A stretch of DNA of 64,000 nt. Source: Balanoglossus misakiensis (lineage: Eukaryota > Animalia > Hemichordata). The position numbers and the translations under genes were made by a program. Under the pieces are notes generated by a model that saw only the letters and a list, made by a program, of their open reading frames with translations, was not told the origin of the DNA and did not search any database. The DNA is taken from assembly GCA_040954595.2 (NCBI GenBank), contig CM082583.2, positions 1,994,925 through 2,058,924 of the forward strand, in the 5' to 3' direction. This document shows positions 1 through 12,557 of this stretch, in pieces. Each line of letters begins with the position of its first letter. The stretch's first letter is position 1.

Positions 1-251
1 ATAAACTTCAATAATACTTTAAGAAATATATAATTGAGGTGTGAGGAGCCTCATTCCCTTTATTGCATACAGTGTACATAGGATCAGGACGGCGAATGTT
101 TTCGGCGTGGGGGGGTCATCATATTTTTGGGTCTGTCAAATGGGGGGTCATCATTTTTTGGTCCGGGTGAAGGGGGGGTCAGCCTGATTTTGAGAACCGA
201 TGACACAAACTTGCCACCCCCCCCCCCCTGCCGTAAAAACTGAACGGTCCC
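1..251. mobile_element. Right end of a PIF/Harbinger-type MITE (same family as 14714-15634)
   Basis: Ends in GCCGTAAAAACTGAACGGTCCC followed by TAA; 1-251 aligns with about 15385-15634. Confidence 0.8.
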
Positions 252-1596
252 TAAATTCGATGTTTATTATTTTTCCAAATTTCGGGTCACTGTAAGTTTT
301 ATCAGTTTTCCGCAAGGTTTATCAAGATATTTCGGTAAAAATGTGTCGTTTAATAGCTTAAACTACAAACTATCGATAAATGGTGAAAATGACTGTTAAA
401 ATACGATTATTCCGACGTAAATAAGCTTAGAAAATTACGCGGGAAATCAGCACACCACTTCCGCATTTGAAAACAAGATAACGTTGAGGGCGCTGCAAAG
501 TTTAGAAAACACCGGTCTTGACTCCACTGTCTTGCAGGAACCCTCATTTGCTCATTGCTACATATTCACAACATACACAACATACATGTAAACAATAAAT
601 TTATGATGATGAGACTAGAGCCAGACCATAGAGCAGTCAGACCCGTTTATTCGAAGCAAGGACAAAGTGCACTATATGCTGAGTAACGCCTGTAGGTTAT
701 TAAACTGCAGCTTTGCCTGCGGCGTGTGTGGTAATAAATCCTGTCGGCACCCTATCAAGCGAGTCACGAAAAAACAGAGGTAAACCTTTTTCAGAAAATA
801 CTCTGAAAACCTGCATCCATTTGCCATGCAAGATAGGGCTCGAGGAGTGGTGTTGGACCTCACCTGGTTACCACCAAACTTTAAAAATGTAAACATGGTT
901 TACTCACTGAAACCTTTACAGTTGCTGGGAAATACTACAAAAACAATGTTTTACCTTTTAACCAAGAATTACATGTCAATAAAATAGGAAGCACAATCAC
1001 ACTTGTTATCTAAAACATTGCTGAAAATATCTAATTAATGCTAGTGAGAAAAATAACTTTGATGAACAAGGTCCGATAACTGCACTGCTCGAAGATCGGC
1101 CTAGAAAATGCTGAGAAATACCTCAACACGCACATGGCATTCTCCCCACTATGCCTCATTGGTCAATGCAACATTTTGACACTTTCCTATCCAATAAGAA
1201 TACAGCAAAAACTTTGAGCACGCATTAAACACTGCTTGTGTACGTGACATCAAGACAATGATTTCGAGACTTTACTAACGCGCGAAATCATATTGATTAA
1301 CGGTCATTTGCATTTTGACGAGCTAGCGTTCGCACTGATATGCGAGGTAAGATTTTGACTCAGACGTGGTTTCAAATTGGAATCAGCCTTATTTTCTGTA
1401 GTAGAATACACGAGTTTTATCTTGGAAAAACAGTAAAAACTTAAATAATATGCACACTGAAGTTCTGCTTTCGATCCGAAATTCCTTTCCATTCCGTTCA
1501 AAATCCGTGTGGTGATAAAAGCAAAACGTGGAACATTTTTTGGATTTGGAGAAACTATTTTTTATTTCGTGTGGCTATTCCGTTCCGTAAGCCTCA

Positions 1597-1897
1597 CAAG
1601 AATATTACGAGAGCCTGTGGTGTGAACAGAATTGAACGCGCAAAGGGCCATGACCTCGTTTGAACTCTCGCATTGAGTATTCAAAAACGCAACCAGGGAC
1701 AGACCACAAAATGAACGAATTCCCCATAAAATTATTTTCTGTCATACTTAGTGGACGTAGACTATCGTCAGCCGCTTGTGTCGCTTGTAATATTATTTCC
1801 ATGGCAATGTTCCGCGTCTCTGACGCTCGACCCAGAGGTCGCGCGCGACTTCAGCCCTCTTTGGCTGCCATAGCTGGTGATCATCCTCTGTGTACCT
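1597..1897 (+). repeat. About 300-bp direct repeat of 50603-50901
   Basis: Near-identical sequence from ACAAGAAT(A/G)TTACGAGAGCC to GATCATCCTCTGTGTACCT; the ORF-track peptides at 1660 and 50667 are almost identical. Confidence 0.9.
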
Positions 1898-3761
1898 GTG
1901 TGTACCAGAACAGAAATCACGTGACGCGTGTCTGGTGAAAATAAATTTTCCCCGTAGTACAATGTTTACTGACAATGGTGGCGTAATCGAACCCAGAACT
2001 TGGAATAACCGCGAAAAATTGTGTCGAGTGGTCAGGAAATACGTACCACACGCTGACTTCCAAATGTCTCTACATTTTGATGTTTGTGGCAGTACACACA
2101 TGATGTCTAAACTGGCGACACAGTTACAATTACTCCGTGTATGGTCCCCAAAACTGTCAGTTTCCTCCACAATACTGAATGAGTGAAGAACGTACACATA
2201 AATCATGAGCCTACTAAGGGGACTGGTCGGTTTCTTCAGCCTGGGGGGAGGGGTGGATTATAGGGGAGGAAGTCACCCTGTTTTGGAATTGGGTGATGTC
2301 ATCTCTGGTGCTGGTGTCTATCCTCCTGTACTTTGCAAGGCTAACTTTATTCCCCATCTTGCTAAAACATTCATACGTTCGACATGTGTGTGTTTTAAAT
2401 GATCATCCTCAACTGCTTCAATCTTTTGCCACCCTTTGCGACCTTTGACCTGTCATAGTTCAAAATAGCAGATTTGAATAAGGCTCGCTATTTCTACTGT
2501 TCATGATTTTTTGTTTTGTTTTGTTTTGCGCAAGAAGGGAAAATGAGCTTTGCACACAACGTGAAGGATCAACTAGGCCAACATAACTCCATGAACCCGT
2601 CCACATACGGCCCGGATTTTATGTCGGCCCTGATCCCCCTTTCCGAACGCGACCAAACTAATTCAGCCATGTGCCCACTTAGCGTGTACAAATTGGTTTT
2701 TCTATACCGCCCCAGGCCCAGCACTGATGCTACACCGCCATAATGAGTATGGTGTGACCCCCAAGTGTTTTGCCCCCATTGCATCACATAACAAAGTTTT
2801 AAGCTTCTCTTTGTAAGTCGTCCTGAAGAGGTAAAATCACAACAGTGAACTTTCTATTTGAATTGTGCAATATGCCTGGCTTTGAATCGCATAAAATACA
2901 AGTAAATTGTCTATCTTGAGATGGAAGCACGGCTGGTGGACAGCAATTTTCCTGGGGTTATCTTTCGCGGAGTTAAGCACTGGAATCATGTGAAAAGTGG
3001 GCAAGACGAGTAGGGTAAGATTGAGCCCCTAACAGAAATGATGCTTTTTAAAGATTGAACAAAGTAAGAACTTAAAAAATGAATTTGGAATAAATTGATT
3101 CACTATATATGAACAATAATGAAGATTAATGTTAAAACCCTAGGCATCGACAGAGTCGAACTGTCAATGTGGATACATTCTCCAAGAACACCTCTTGCGG
3201 GTAAATTAATTTCATTATTTGTTCATTATATAGTGTAGCTAAGTGTGGCTAGGTGGCTAACTGCTGATGTAATAAATCTTGCATACCCATTTGAAACATG
3301 TCACAGTATTCAAATTGAAATGATGAGCAAAAAAAATATCTGCTCATCATATTGATAGAAAGTGCCAAAATAGTTTGTTGACGGTGCACACAATAGCTTT
3401 TGGCTTTACCCTGGTTAACTATTATTATTTTTATTATTTTTAAATTTAATTAAGTGCCTAATGGGTAAAGACCAAAAGCTTCTTGGTCCCATCTCTCCCC
3501 CATATAATTTTGGTTCCTTTTTTGATGCAAGATAATTACATTCTGTGTGATAACCTAGTCTTTTTTTACACGCCTAAAGGGCAGTGAAAAAACCTTGAGC
3601 CAAATATAAATGAGGAAAAACTGCCCTCTCCCCCATCGTTCGATGCAAATATTAAAGGCTAACCCGAATCGTCTTGCTGGCTTTTAATTTTTTTAATGAA
3701 TTACGATGAACGAGCGAATTGTGTCGAGGGACGAAGAAAACACGCAGTGTATGGCGACGAA

Positions 3762-4155
3762 CACGGCGACGAGTGACGAAGGAAATGCGGACGAGCGAAT
3801 GGCACCGAAGGACACGTTGGCGACGAACGAATGGCGACGAGCGACGAAGGAAATGCGGACGAGCGAATGGCACCGAAGGACACGTTGGCGACGAACGAAT
3901 GGCGACGAGCGACGAAGGAAATGCGGACGAGCGAATGGCACCGAAGGACACGTTGGCGACGAACGAATGGCGACGAGCGACGAAGGAAATGCGGACGAGC
4001 GAATGGCACCGAAGGACACGTTGGCGACGAACGAATGGCGACGAGCGACGAAGGAAATGCGGACGAGCGAATGGCACCGAAGGACACGTTGGCGACGACA
4101 GATGGCGACGAGCGACGAAGGAAATGCGGACGAGCGAATGGCACCGAAGGACACA
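3762..4155. repeat. 68-bp minisatellite, about 6 units
   Basis: Unit GCGACGAAGGAAATGCGGACGAGCGAATGGCACCGAAGGACACGTTGGCGACGAACGAATGGCGACGA starts at 3773, 3841, 3909, 3977, 4045 and 4112; no spacers. Confidence 0.95.
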
Positions 4156-4334
4156 ATCTCGGGGAAAGTTGCGAAAAAATCCACGGACGAATCACACGAG
4201 CGCATAGCGAAAATAATTTCTATAAAAGAAAAAAGAACATGTTAAACATACATTTATATAATCATTACACAATTGTATTACAACTACATTACACACCTTT
4301 GTCTGCATTACCCTTTACAACCTGTACACGTTTA

Positions 4335-4730
4335 ATTTGACCATGTGGCATTACCGGTTACACCTTTTTGTCACTACACTTTAAACCCATAACACACCAA
4401 CTCATTATTATTAACCCTCTGTACAGAATTAATGTAACCACGTGGCATAATTTAATTAATTTCCCTTTATTCATTGTTTTCACTAGACCATAAAACCAAA
4501 CACCAGTCATATTTATATACCCTTTGTTAACACTTTACCACGTGACATAACCCGGCAGTTACACCTTTTTATCACTATAGTCATATTAACCCTCTGTACA
4601 GAATTATATGTAACCACGTGATATAATTACCCTTTTGTACACATTTGTTTCACTATACCATAAAACCATTTAACCACACACTTGTCATTTATATACCCTT
4701 TGTTAACACTTTACCACGTGGCATAACCCT
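4335..4730. repeat. Degenerate tandem repeat of about 90 bp (about 185-bp dimer) with CCACGTG cores
   Basis: CCA(C/T)GTG at about 4341, 4438, 4538, 4614 and 4714; blocks TTAACCCTCTGTACAGAATT and ATTTATATACCCTTTGTTAACACTTTACCACGTG each occur twice. Confidence 0.8.
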
Positions 4731-6097
4731 CGATTTTACAGTACATTACTCATCACAACTTTGAAACCAAAATATTATACCCATGCAAACATTTGTATTT
4801 CTCAAAGTACCCTTGTTTGTTTGTGCACAATGTTTACATGGCGCGCCGGTTGCAAAGAAAAACGGTGACAAGACGATACAGCACAGCGCATACAATCAAC
4901 AAAACACAGAACAATGTCACCATATTCGCAGCGTTACACTCTGGGACCAATGCCGACCACTCCATTTTACCATTTCCACCGCGTAGTTTTACCAGAGATC
5001 AGCCGCCGTCCATGTTTCCAAACTGAAAGACAAAGAAATGATGCCGTCTGCGAATTCAAATGCCACTAACGGACAGAGTGGCATCATGCGAGTATGATAA
5101 TTAGCATCCAGAAAAATCCAGAATAAACCCACTGCGCATGCACTCTAGCCTTTAATTAGACAAAATATTCAGTTCAACGCAACACGCCCTGGTTGGGATT
5201 ATAATAACAAAAGAAAGAATTATCAGTTCGGCAAGATTTGAATAACACCGAAAATTCACTGCAGTGGCAACGCGCGTCTAAATTAAATGAGACACCTGAT
5301 TTTATCAGGCTGATTCCACAGGTCGCGCGGTAGTTGAGAGCGCTTGGGCTCTCAACAGCGCAGCGCGACCTGTGGCTGATATAATGGGCATGTAACAAGA
5401 TTTGCAACATTGTTGATGCTTATGCAGACATTATGCTTGAAGAAATTTAAAACTCAAACTTTGTAGCCTTTATGAAGAAAACTCGGCAAATTGTGCGTGT
5501 CATTTTTTTCCGTTACCATGCATTAATTTTACTGACACAGAACACTCCAAGGAAAGATACAGTACACGTCCAAGGACCGCCGATTACATGCACAGGTGGT
5601 TACAATGAATGTTGATAAAACTTTTCTGGAACTGTTTCCATACAGTCAGTTGGACTTGGAAATACACAGGCCCCTATTATGCGACAAGTGACATCATTTC
5701 GTTTCTGATAAAACGTATCATCGAGCAGTGGTTTTCCACGACAAAACGAGCGTCCACTCAATTTCACTTCCATGTTTCCCACAATAAACTTGTGCAGTTG
5801 TGATATAAAGTCAGTCATCGGACAAAGCTTAGAGTGTTCGCTCTCCGCGTAGAAACAAGCCCATTTTGTTGGATACTGTGACTATGCCCAAACTTAATAA
5901 CCATGTTGGGACATCCGTATAGAGTAATTACTTGACAGTGAAATGAAAACCATGGAATATTATCTATATATAACAAATTATGATGTTTCACAGAGCTGTT
6001 TTGGAATGTGTAAAGGTGAAATTCGTTCTCGTTCTGACTTCATACCTGACCCACCCATTAGTAAAATGTTGAGGGTCCTTCCACTCGGACAAGCACG

Positions 6098-6557
6098 TAG
6101 TCTCGGTTACCCAGACGCCTTTGCTTCTTCCGATGCTCTCCAGAAAAAGGGTCTGGGGAAATGCTATTGAAAGCTTTGTAAAACAAAATGGCCGATGTCA
6201 GGATTTTGATCATCGCCTGATTGGCTGAGCTGTCAGTATGACCCGGGTCACTGCAATAGTTTCGACAATCGTCTACCAAAGATATTTCATATAATTTCTC
6301 CAACAATGCTAACAGAGGACGCCTTTTGCCTTTCGCATCAACCAACAAGTACTGGTCTCTTGATATGAAGATACGACAAATAATCGCACATTGTCGACAG
6401 TCAGTGACCCGGGTCATACTGACAGCTCAGCCAATCAGGCGATGATCAAAATCCTGACATCGGCCATTTTGTTTTACAAAGCTTTCAATAGCATTTCCCC
6501 AGACCCTTTTTCTGGAGAGCATCGGAAGAAGCAAAGGCGTCTGGGTAACCGAGACTA
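6098..6557. mobile_element. Non-autonomous TIR element with TAG..CTA termini and 9-bp TSD (AcademH-like)
   Basis: 156-bp TIRs (6098-6253, 6402-6557); TSD ACAAGCACG on both sides; empty site GGACAAGCATGCGGC at about 60875 in the duplicate copy. Confidence 0.9.
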
Positions 6558-7317
6558 ACAAGCACGCGGCTTTGTGGAAGCTAGCCGACAGTTATCGCCG
6601 GGTTGTCGGATTTGTTGCCGAATTTACCCGATGATCGTACATTCGGCCATGGAATCAGTCTCCAAGTGGAACATGTTTTCTTGTTTACATAAACCTAGAT
6701 CTGCTGAAATATCGATCCGATTTTGAAGAGCAGGGCTTCGCTGTAGACCTGCGTACTACATTGTGGAGGCCGTGTAACTATAACTCCAGAAACACGTCGC
6801 TGTGCTAGACTTTGCTATTTTTATTACGGAAAGTAACCTTCCTAAGTTCAATCCTGAACGATCTAGTCAGCGAAACTCACAAAGGGGAGATTTTGTACGG
6901 TATTGACAATGTGTCCACCCCACAATTGAATGATCACCAGAAACCGAAAGGGGAGCCCTGGTAATGCAGGAGCGAGTCGTAAATTAAAATATCTCTAAAA
7001 AAACGTTTCCGATCTCCACGGGATTATACGTAGTCGTAGTCATCGCCAGTGAATAAAAGTACAGCCCAATTGTAAGAAGGCAATGGCGACGAAATAAACC
7101 GAGTTTCAGAAATAACGCGCAGCCCCACCCCACCCCAACGGTACAGCTGCGTACCACAGCTAGCTCGGAGCGAGAGTTTCGGTACCGAGTTGAGTTACAA
7201 ATTTGGCCTGAGCTGATGGTTTGGGTTACGCGATCCCATGACTTGGTACACGTTCACACACGCTAAGCTTGTTAAGAAACTATTTGGACAGAATAACGGT
7301 CAAACAAATATCACATA

Positions 7318-8189
7318 CCGTACTTGCCCGGGTAAGAACCCCTGCTCGGACAAACGCCCCCCCCCCCCCCCCCCCGAGGTCGAGGTCATATCCGGTCTAA
7401 AGCCCCCCCCCCCCCGGCCGAATATCCATTAAATTCTTGGAAATTTAATAAAGTGCAATGCAAAAAAGGCGGATTTTCATCCCCAAAGTCACTAAAAGTG
7501 AACAAAAAATGTTCGCGCTGATTATCGTACCCACCGCGGCCGACTGGCCACGCTGAGTTATATATAGCCGCTGTAGAAAACATGACCTCAGACAGGTCCC
7601 TCGGGACCGTGCCTCGAATTCAACGATCACGTAGATGGACGCGCTGCCGCGTATGAGGTCACCGGGGAGCTTTCCAAAGCGGCCGCGTGGAGCTGCTTCA
7701 GTCCGTCCTCGACGCGAAACACCCAAAATTGGAAGATCCCGACTTGGACTCGGAGAATGAACCACTCAAAAATTCCGGTAGAGAAAGGCATGATTGCCAC
7801 GATTAAGATAGATGTATTTACGTGCGTCCGTCCGTCGACGTCAAAGTATTAAATGCATGGGTGGGATCGACCATTTACCAATGTCCCGGTTAAACGGGAT
7901 GTTTTGTCTGCGCCCATGGTGTCCCGATTAAACGGCGGCGACTGTAATATGTTTTCTGTATTTGATTTATGGGTAAAAAAAAATTATTATTTAATAAATA
8001 CATTGTTTGACCGTGAAATTTTTGGCCATGTTATTTGCATCATTATTCACCCCTTCCTCGTGTCCCTAGACCCTCATTTGCATAAATGTCGAGGTTGCGT
8101 CCGGGCTAAAGCCCCCCCCCCCCCCCCCCCCCTGTTTTTTCGCTAATCTATGGGCCCAGCACCCGGGGCTCTTACCCGGGCAAGTACGG
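7318..8189. mobile_element. MITE with TA TSD (Tc1/mariner-pogo type)
   Basis: TA|CCGTACTTGCCCGGGTAAGA ... TCTTACCCGGGCAAGTACGG|TA; no transposase ORF. Confidence 0.85.
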
Positions 8190-9480
8190 TACACACAAAT
8201 TATTCATTAAATAATCTTATTTAAATAACTCGAAAAATATAAAATGAATAAGTACAACCATTGAAAGATTCTTTTGTCTAACGGTGACCAATTAAACGAC
8301 CAACAGAAAATACAACATTCCACCAAAAGATAATAGACTGACAATTAATAGTACTGGGATTTGCATGCAATAATTCTATAGCTAGCGTTAAAGTTTTCAA
8401 GGAACAGTCACGTATTACCTCACAATATTGTCCTGACGAGTTAGAAGAAGAAAAACTCCATGAAATTTCCAGCTCGAGGGTGGCGTAATCGGGGATCCAT
8501 AAATAAGGGCAAATTCAAGTTCTCGAAATTCTAGAATAGACCACACAGAATACCCAAAGACCGGATCCAGGACGCCGGGTTCACATGTGGTGTACTAACG
8601 GAACTTCAATGCTCCAAGAACACTACTTTCTTGAAAGACCGCTGGAACATACGACAAGAATCCTTGATGATGGTGACGGGACGACATGTAAGGTAGTAAA
8701 GCACGAGGTCGGATGGAAACTGGTCAATGTGGCCGGAGACAACACGTGGCATAGTAACCTTTTAGAAATAACGGCGAGGCAACGTGGCAATGTACGTTTT
8801 TTATACGACTAAAATACATAATTAATTAACACCTGGATACGCGGTGTGTTGAACAAAGGAATAAAAGTGAGGTTGACCTGGTCATTGAACCATTGGACAC
8901 ATGGACAACATAACACGCTAAAAAAGCAAAACAAAACAGAACACTATTTACTTGATAACAAATCATGGCTTACACTTAGTTTTCTAGTTGCTGAATACGA
9001 GAAATGACTTAAAAATCTAAACACATGAAGCAAATCTAGCCATATGCGTAACTTTCGGAAAATGTACAGGACGTAAGACAGAAATTGGTACATAAAAACA
9101 AAAGCACAATTTGTTCGACGCTTGTGGTCTTCCTGCGCTTGGCGCACAGTGCGCCCTCATGCGACCGAATCGAATCATGGGAATGGGAACATGGTGACTG
9201 TCGCTTATTTTGGTCTAACGTAACCATGGTTTCCTGTCGTGAAACCTTATGTTCTACACATTGTTGTTCGTGGGAGTGGCATCAGTTTGCGTTCAGGTGA
9301 GAATTGTTTGCTCTGCCTCCGCGTATGATTCGAAAAACGCGTTTACAAAGCAAAACGGATATCGATACTTCCGGTTTGTAATGTGCGATCGCTTATACAC
9401 GGCTAGCTCTGCGTACTGTACGCACAGCTCGAGCTCCTATGTTTCAAGTCTCTGTGTTCGGACCAATCATTACCTCATTA

Positions 9481-9992
9481 GGGACTGGTCAGTTTCTTCA
9501 GCATGGGGGATTGATTCTATGTTGTGGATATCAAAAGTGAGTGACACCCCCTCCCATGTCAACTTTCACAAACTGTAATTATCCCCCCCCCCCCCAGCGA
9601 TTTTGTGATTTGTTTGTAAAATTCAGAGCTCAAAGCTGAATTTTAATGAACTCAAAAGCAAATCAACTCAACAATGTTGGGGAGGGCAAATTTTACCTTT
9701 GCCCCACAAACTCAACATATGTAGGGGGGGGGGGGGGGCAAGTACCCTGCTCTGTACTGCCTGCTAAAGAATCAGGGGGGTGGGTGTCCCCTCCCACATT
9801 AGATAATTTTCTAATTTAAGAGCTCGAAACTGTATTTTTGTGGACTCAAAAGCAATGTTTAGTCCCTAATTCAACATTTCCAAAACAAGGTGAGCCCCCC
9901 CCCCCCTCTCATCACCCAATTCCAAAACAGGGTGACCCCTCCCCCCCCCCCCCCCCCCCAGGCTGAAGAACCGACCAGTCCAGTCCAGTCCC
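9481..9992. mobile_element. PIF/Harbinger-type MITE with TTA TSD
   Basis: TTA|GGGACTGGTCAGTTTCTTCAGC ... GCTGAAGAACCGACCAGTCCAGTCCAGTCCC|TTA. Confidence 0.8.
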
Positions 9993-11746
9993 TTAGTAGG
10001 CTCATGACTTTAATGTGAAGTTAAAGACAGGTATACATTCTTCAGTATTGTGGAGGAAACCGACAGTTTTGGGGGACCAGACACGGATTAATTGTAACTG
10101 TTTCACCAGCGAAGACATCAATGTATAGTGCTACAAACATCAAAATGTAGTGACATTTGGACGTCAATAAAATCAGCATTTTTTCCCTTCCACCAGACCC
10201 AGACCCAGTTCAACGATGCAAGGTGAAATAGATTGTGTCCATCAAATCCTGACAACAACCAGATGCTTAGTATCTACATAGGAAATGTATTTGCAGAACA
10301 ATGGTGAGTTTTTGGCTGAGGCCTATGGCCAGCAAATAGTTAAATAATAACACATGTTTTATAACAAGGGCAATATCATGATTTTTAGCCTGCACGCAAG
10401 GGGTGGTGATCTCTGACCATAATGTTGATGATGCCCAAGCAGAGAGCACCAGCCTGAGGGCAGGCAGGAAATCATGATGTTTTCTGAGCATTTTGAGTTA
10501 TTCATTTTCTTACACAGAATATTTGGTACATGAAGCATAGAACATTAAATTTAGAGTTGTGTGTCCAGGGTCGTTAATTTTTGGAGAACTGTAGCTGTAG
10601 GCCTACTTTCAACACCGAGAATTTTGAACAACTGTTGGTTAAAATTCTGATGTGTTTACTATCCATTTGCAGTAAAATATCATCGAACTGAATAGGTTAA
10701 GGTGTGTTGGTCTTTGAAGCCATAGATGCCGGAGATTGAGATTGATTCTAATGACAATTTGTCATGTGCAGAAAAGATGCACACTACAGAACTTGAAAAT
10801 CATCCCCAGTAGGCTGTAACCCCTAGCTACCATGTTTTTCTTTATGCTCCCCACGCACGGTCTAGTAATTTGGTTTCTATTTTTGAAATTTTGCTATTTG
10901 CAAGTTAAAGGACTCTAACCGTGGCAGCGTAGGTCAATGCTTACCATGTGATCATGAACATTAGAAGTCATTATACAACCTGATCTACTACTGATTGACT
11001 GAATTAATGAGCAGGGGTGTTGCTCAATATCAGTGACCTTAAGTTGCCATGGCTGGAGTCCTTTGACAAGCAAATAGGAAATGTAGCAAAATTTCAAAGA
11101 TGGAGACCAAATTGCTAAACCCTGTGTGGAGCATAGCATAAAAAAACACAGGAGTCTGGATTCTAGACAATAAACTTACAGGAATGCAATTAGTGTACAG
11201 TACAGATTTCAATTTCCCTTCATTGTACATGTACCTGCTGCCCCACAGCAGCAAATCTTTGAACTACAACTGTGCGTTTGATCTCTGATTTTATGCTTTT
11301 ATTTAAATTTTCTCTCCAAGGTCATGGTGATATTTGTGGTGACCTTGATTTGTGCTGTGTGTATATATTGGTGAAATTGCTGGCTGTTGACCCATGGTTG
11401 TGTATAAAGAGAGGCTTTCCGAAATCCCAGCCATTGCAGACGGTAGGTTGCAATGAAACTTGTGTTGTTCATTTTCAACAAGGTACATTTTTTTATGTGA
11501 TCTTGTAAGTGTTGCTGTTAGATGTTATAGCATCATAAAAGCTAGTTGGAAGGTTGGAGGAAAAATTGCTGACACACTTTTGAAGGATGTTTTATACCAA
11601 GATTTGTTAATTTCAACCAGAAATTGTGCATTGTTTTTGCAAAATGGAGTCAAATAAGATTTTTGTAAGATCCGCAAAAGTGCTGTGTAAAATAACAGCT
11701 GTCTACTGTATACGATCAGCATCAAGTATATCTGGGCTTTAAGAAA

Positions 11747-12557
11747 ATATTATTATACATCTGGCACCGAGAACAATAGAATTTAGCGTGCGCTAAAAAA
11801 GCCGTACGGAACGGTACGTACGGAACGCATGTTAAATAAGTCTTCAGTTTCAAGGCGCCCCAACTCACCGTGTACAGGTATGCGTTGTTATGCGGACGGT
11901 TTCAAGACACCCCCACTCCAACGCACGCGCACGTACGTAAACAAAAAAGAAAGATGGCTGCTCACTGAGTCAACTGAGCGGTTTTCGATCGATTGTATCG
12001 GCATTTTGGGCGTTTTGGAAGCCAAGTAACATGCAACGCAAGAACTAACGGAGATGTAAGATGTATAATAATAAGGTTATTACGAAAATACCGCAAAGTA
12101 TGCACTCGGACATTAGCGCAGCGCATCGCCCTCCGCTGCGCGTCGGGCGATACTTGACGCTAATGTCCTCGTGCATACTTTGCGGTATTTTCGTAATAAC
12201 CTCATATTATTATACATCTAGTGCCGAGAACAATAGATTTTGGCGTGCAATAAAAAGCCGTACGGAACGGTACGTACGGAACGCGCGTTAAATAAGTCTT
12301 TAGTTTCAAGGCGCCCCAACTCACCGTGTACAGGTATGTGTTGTTATGCGGACGGTTTCAAGACACCCCCACTCCAACGCACGCGCACGTACGTAAACAA
12401 AAAAGAAAGATGGCTGCTCACTGAGTCAACTGAGCGGTTTTCGATCGATTGTATCGGCATTTTGGGCGTTTTGGAAGCCAAGTAACATGCAACACAAGAA
12501 CACAACGGAGATGTAAGATGTATAATAATAAGGTTATTACGAAAATACCGCAAAGTA
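11747..12557. mobile_element. Hairpin element present as about 1.8 head-to-tail copies of a 457-bp unit
   Basis: Unit starts at 11747 and 12204; hairpin 12074-12202; absent from the partner arm, which has about 120 bp of other sequence (about 55343-55462) at this site. Confidence 0.85.

Larger units (their letters stand above)
2054..9695 (+). repeat. Segmental direct duplication, copy 1 (copy 2 is 57040 to window end)
   Basis: Colinear and near-identical; paired ORF-track entries (2516/57502, 4783/59565, 8944/63275); differs by SNPs, short indels, VNTR length and one MITE. Confidence 0.95.

Noticed and set aside
3652-4340. 68-bp array as a CRISPR array or as 140-180-aa proteins
   Set aside because: Units are contiguous with no unique spacers and no cas genes; ORFs in all six frames result from a stop-free repeat, and length differs in the duplicate copy.
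8585-8812. 75-aa ORF present in both duplicate copies
   Set aside because: No recognisable motif; the copies are too similar overall for its retention to imply selection.
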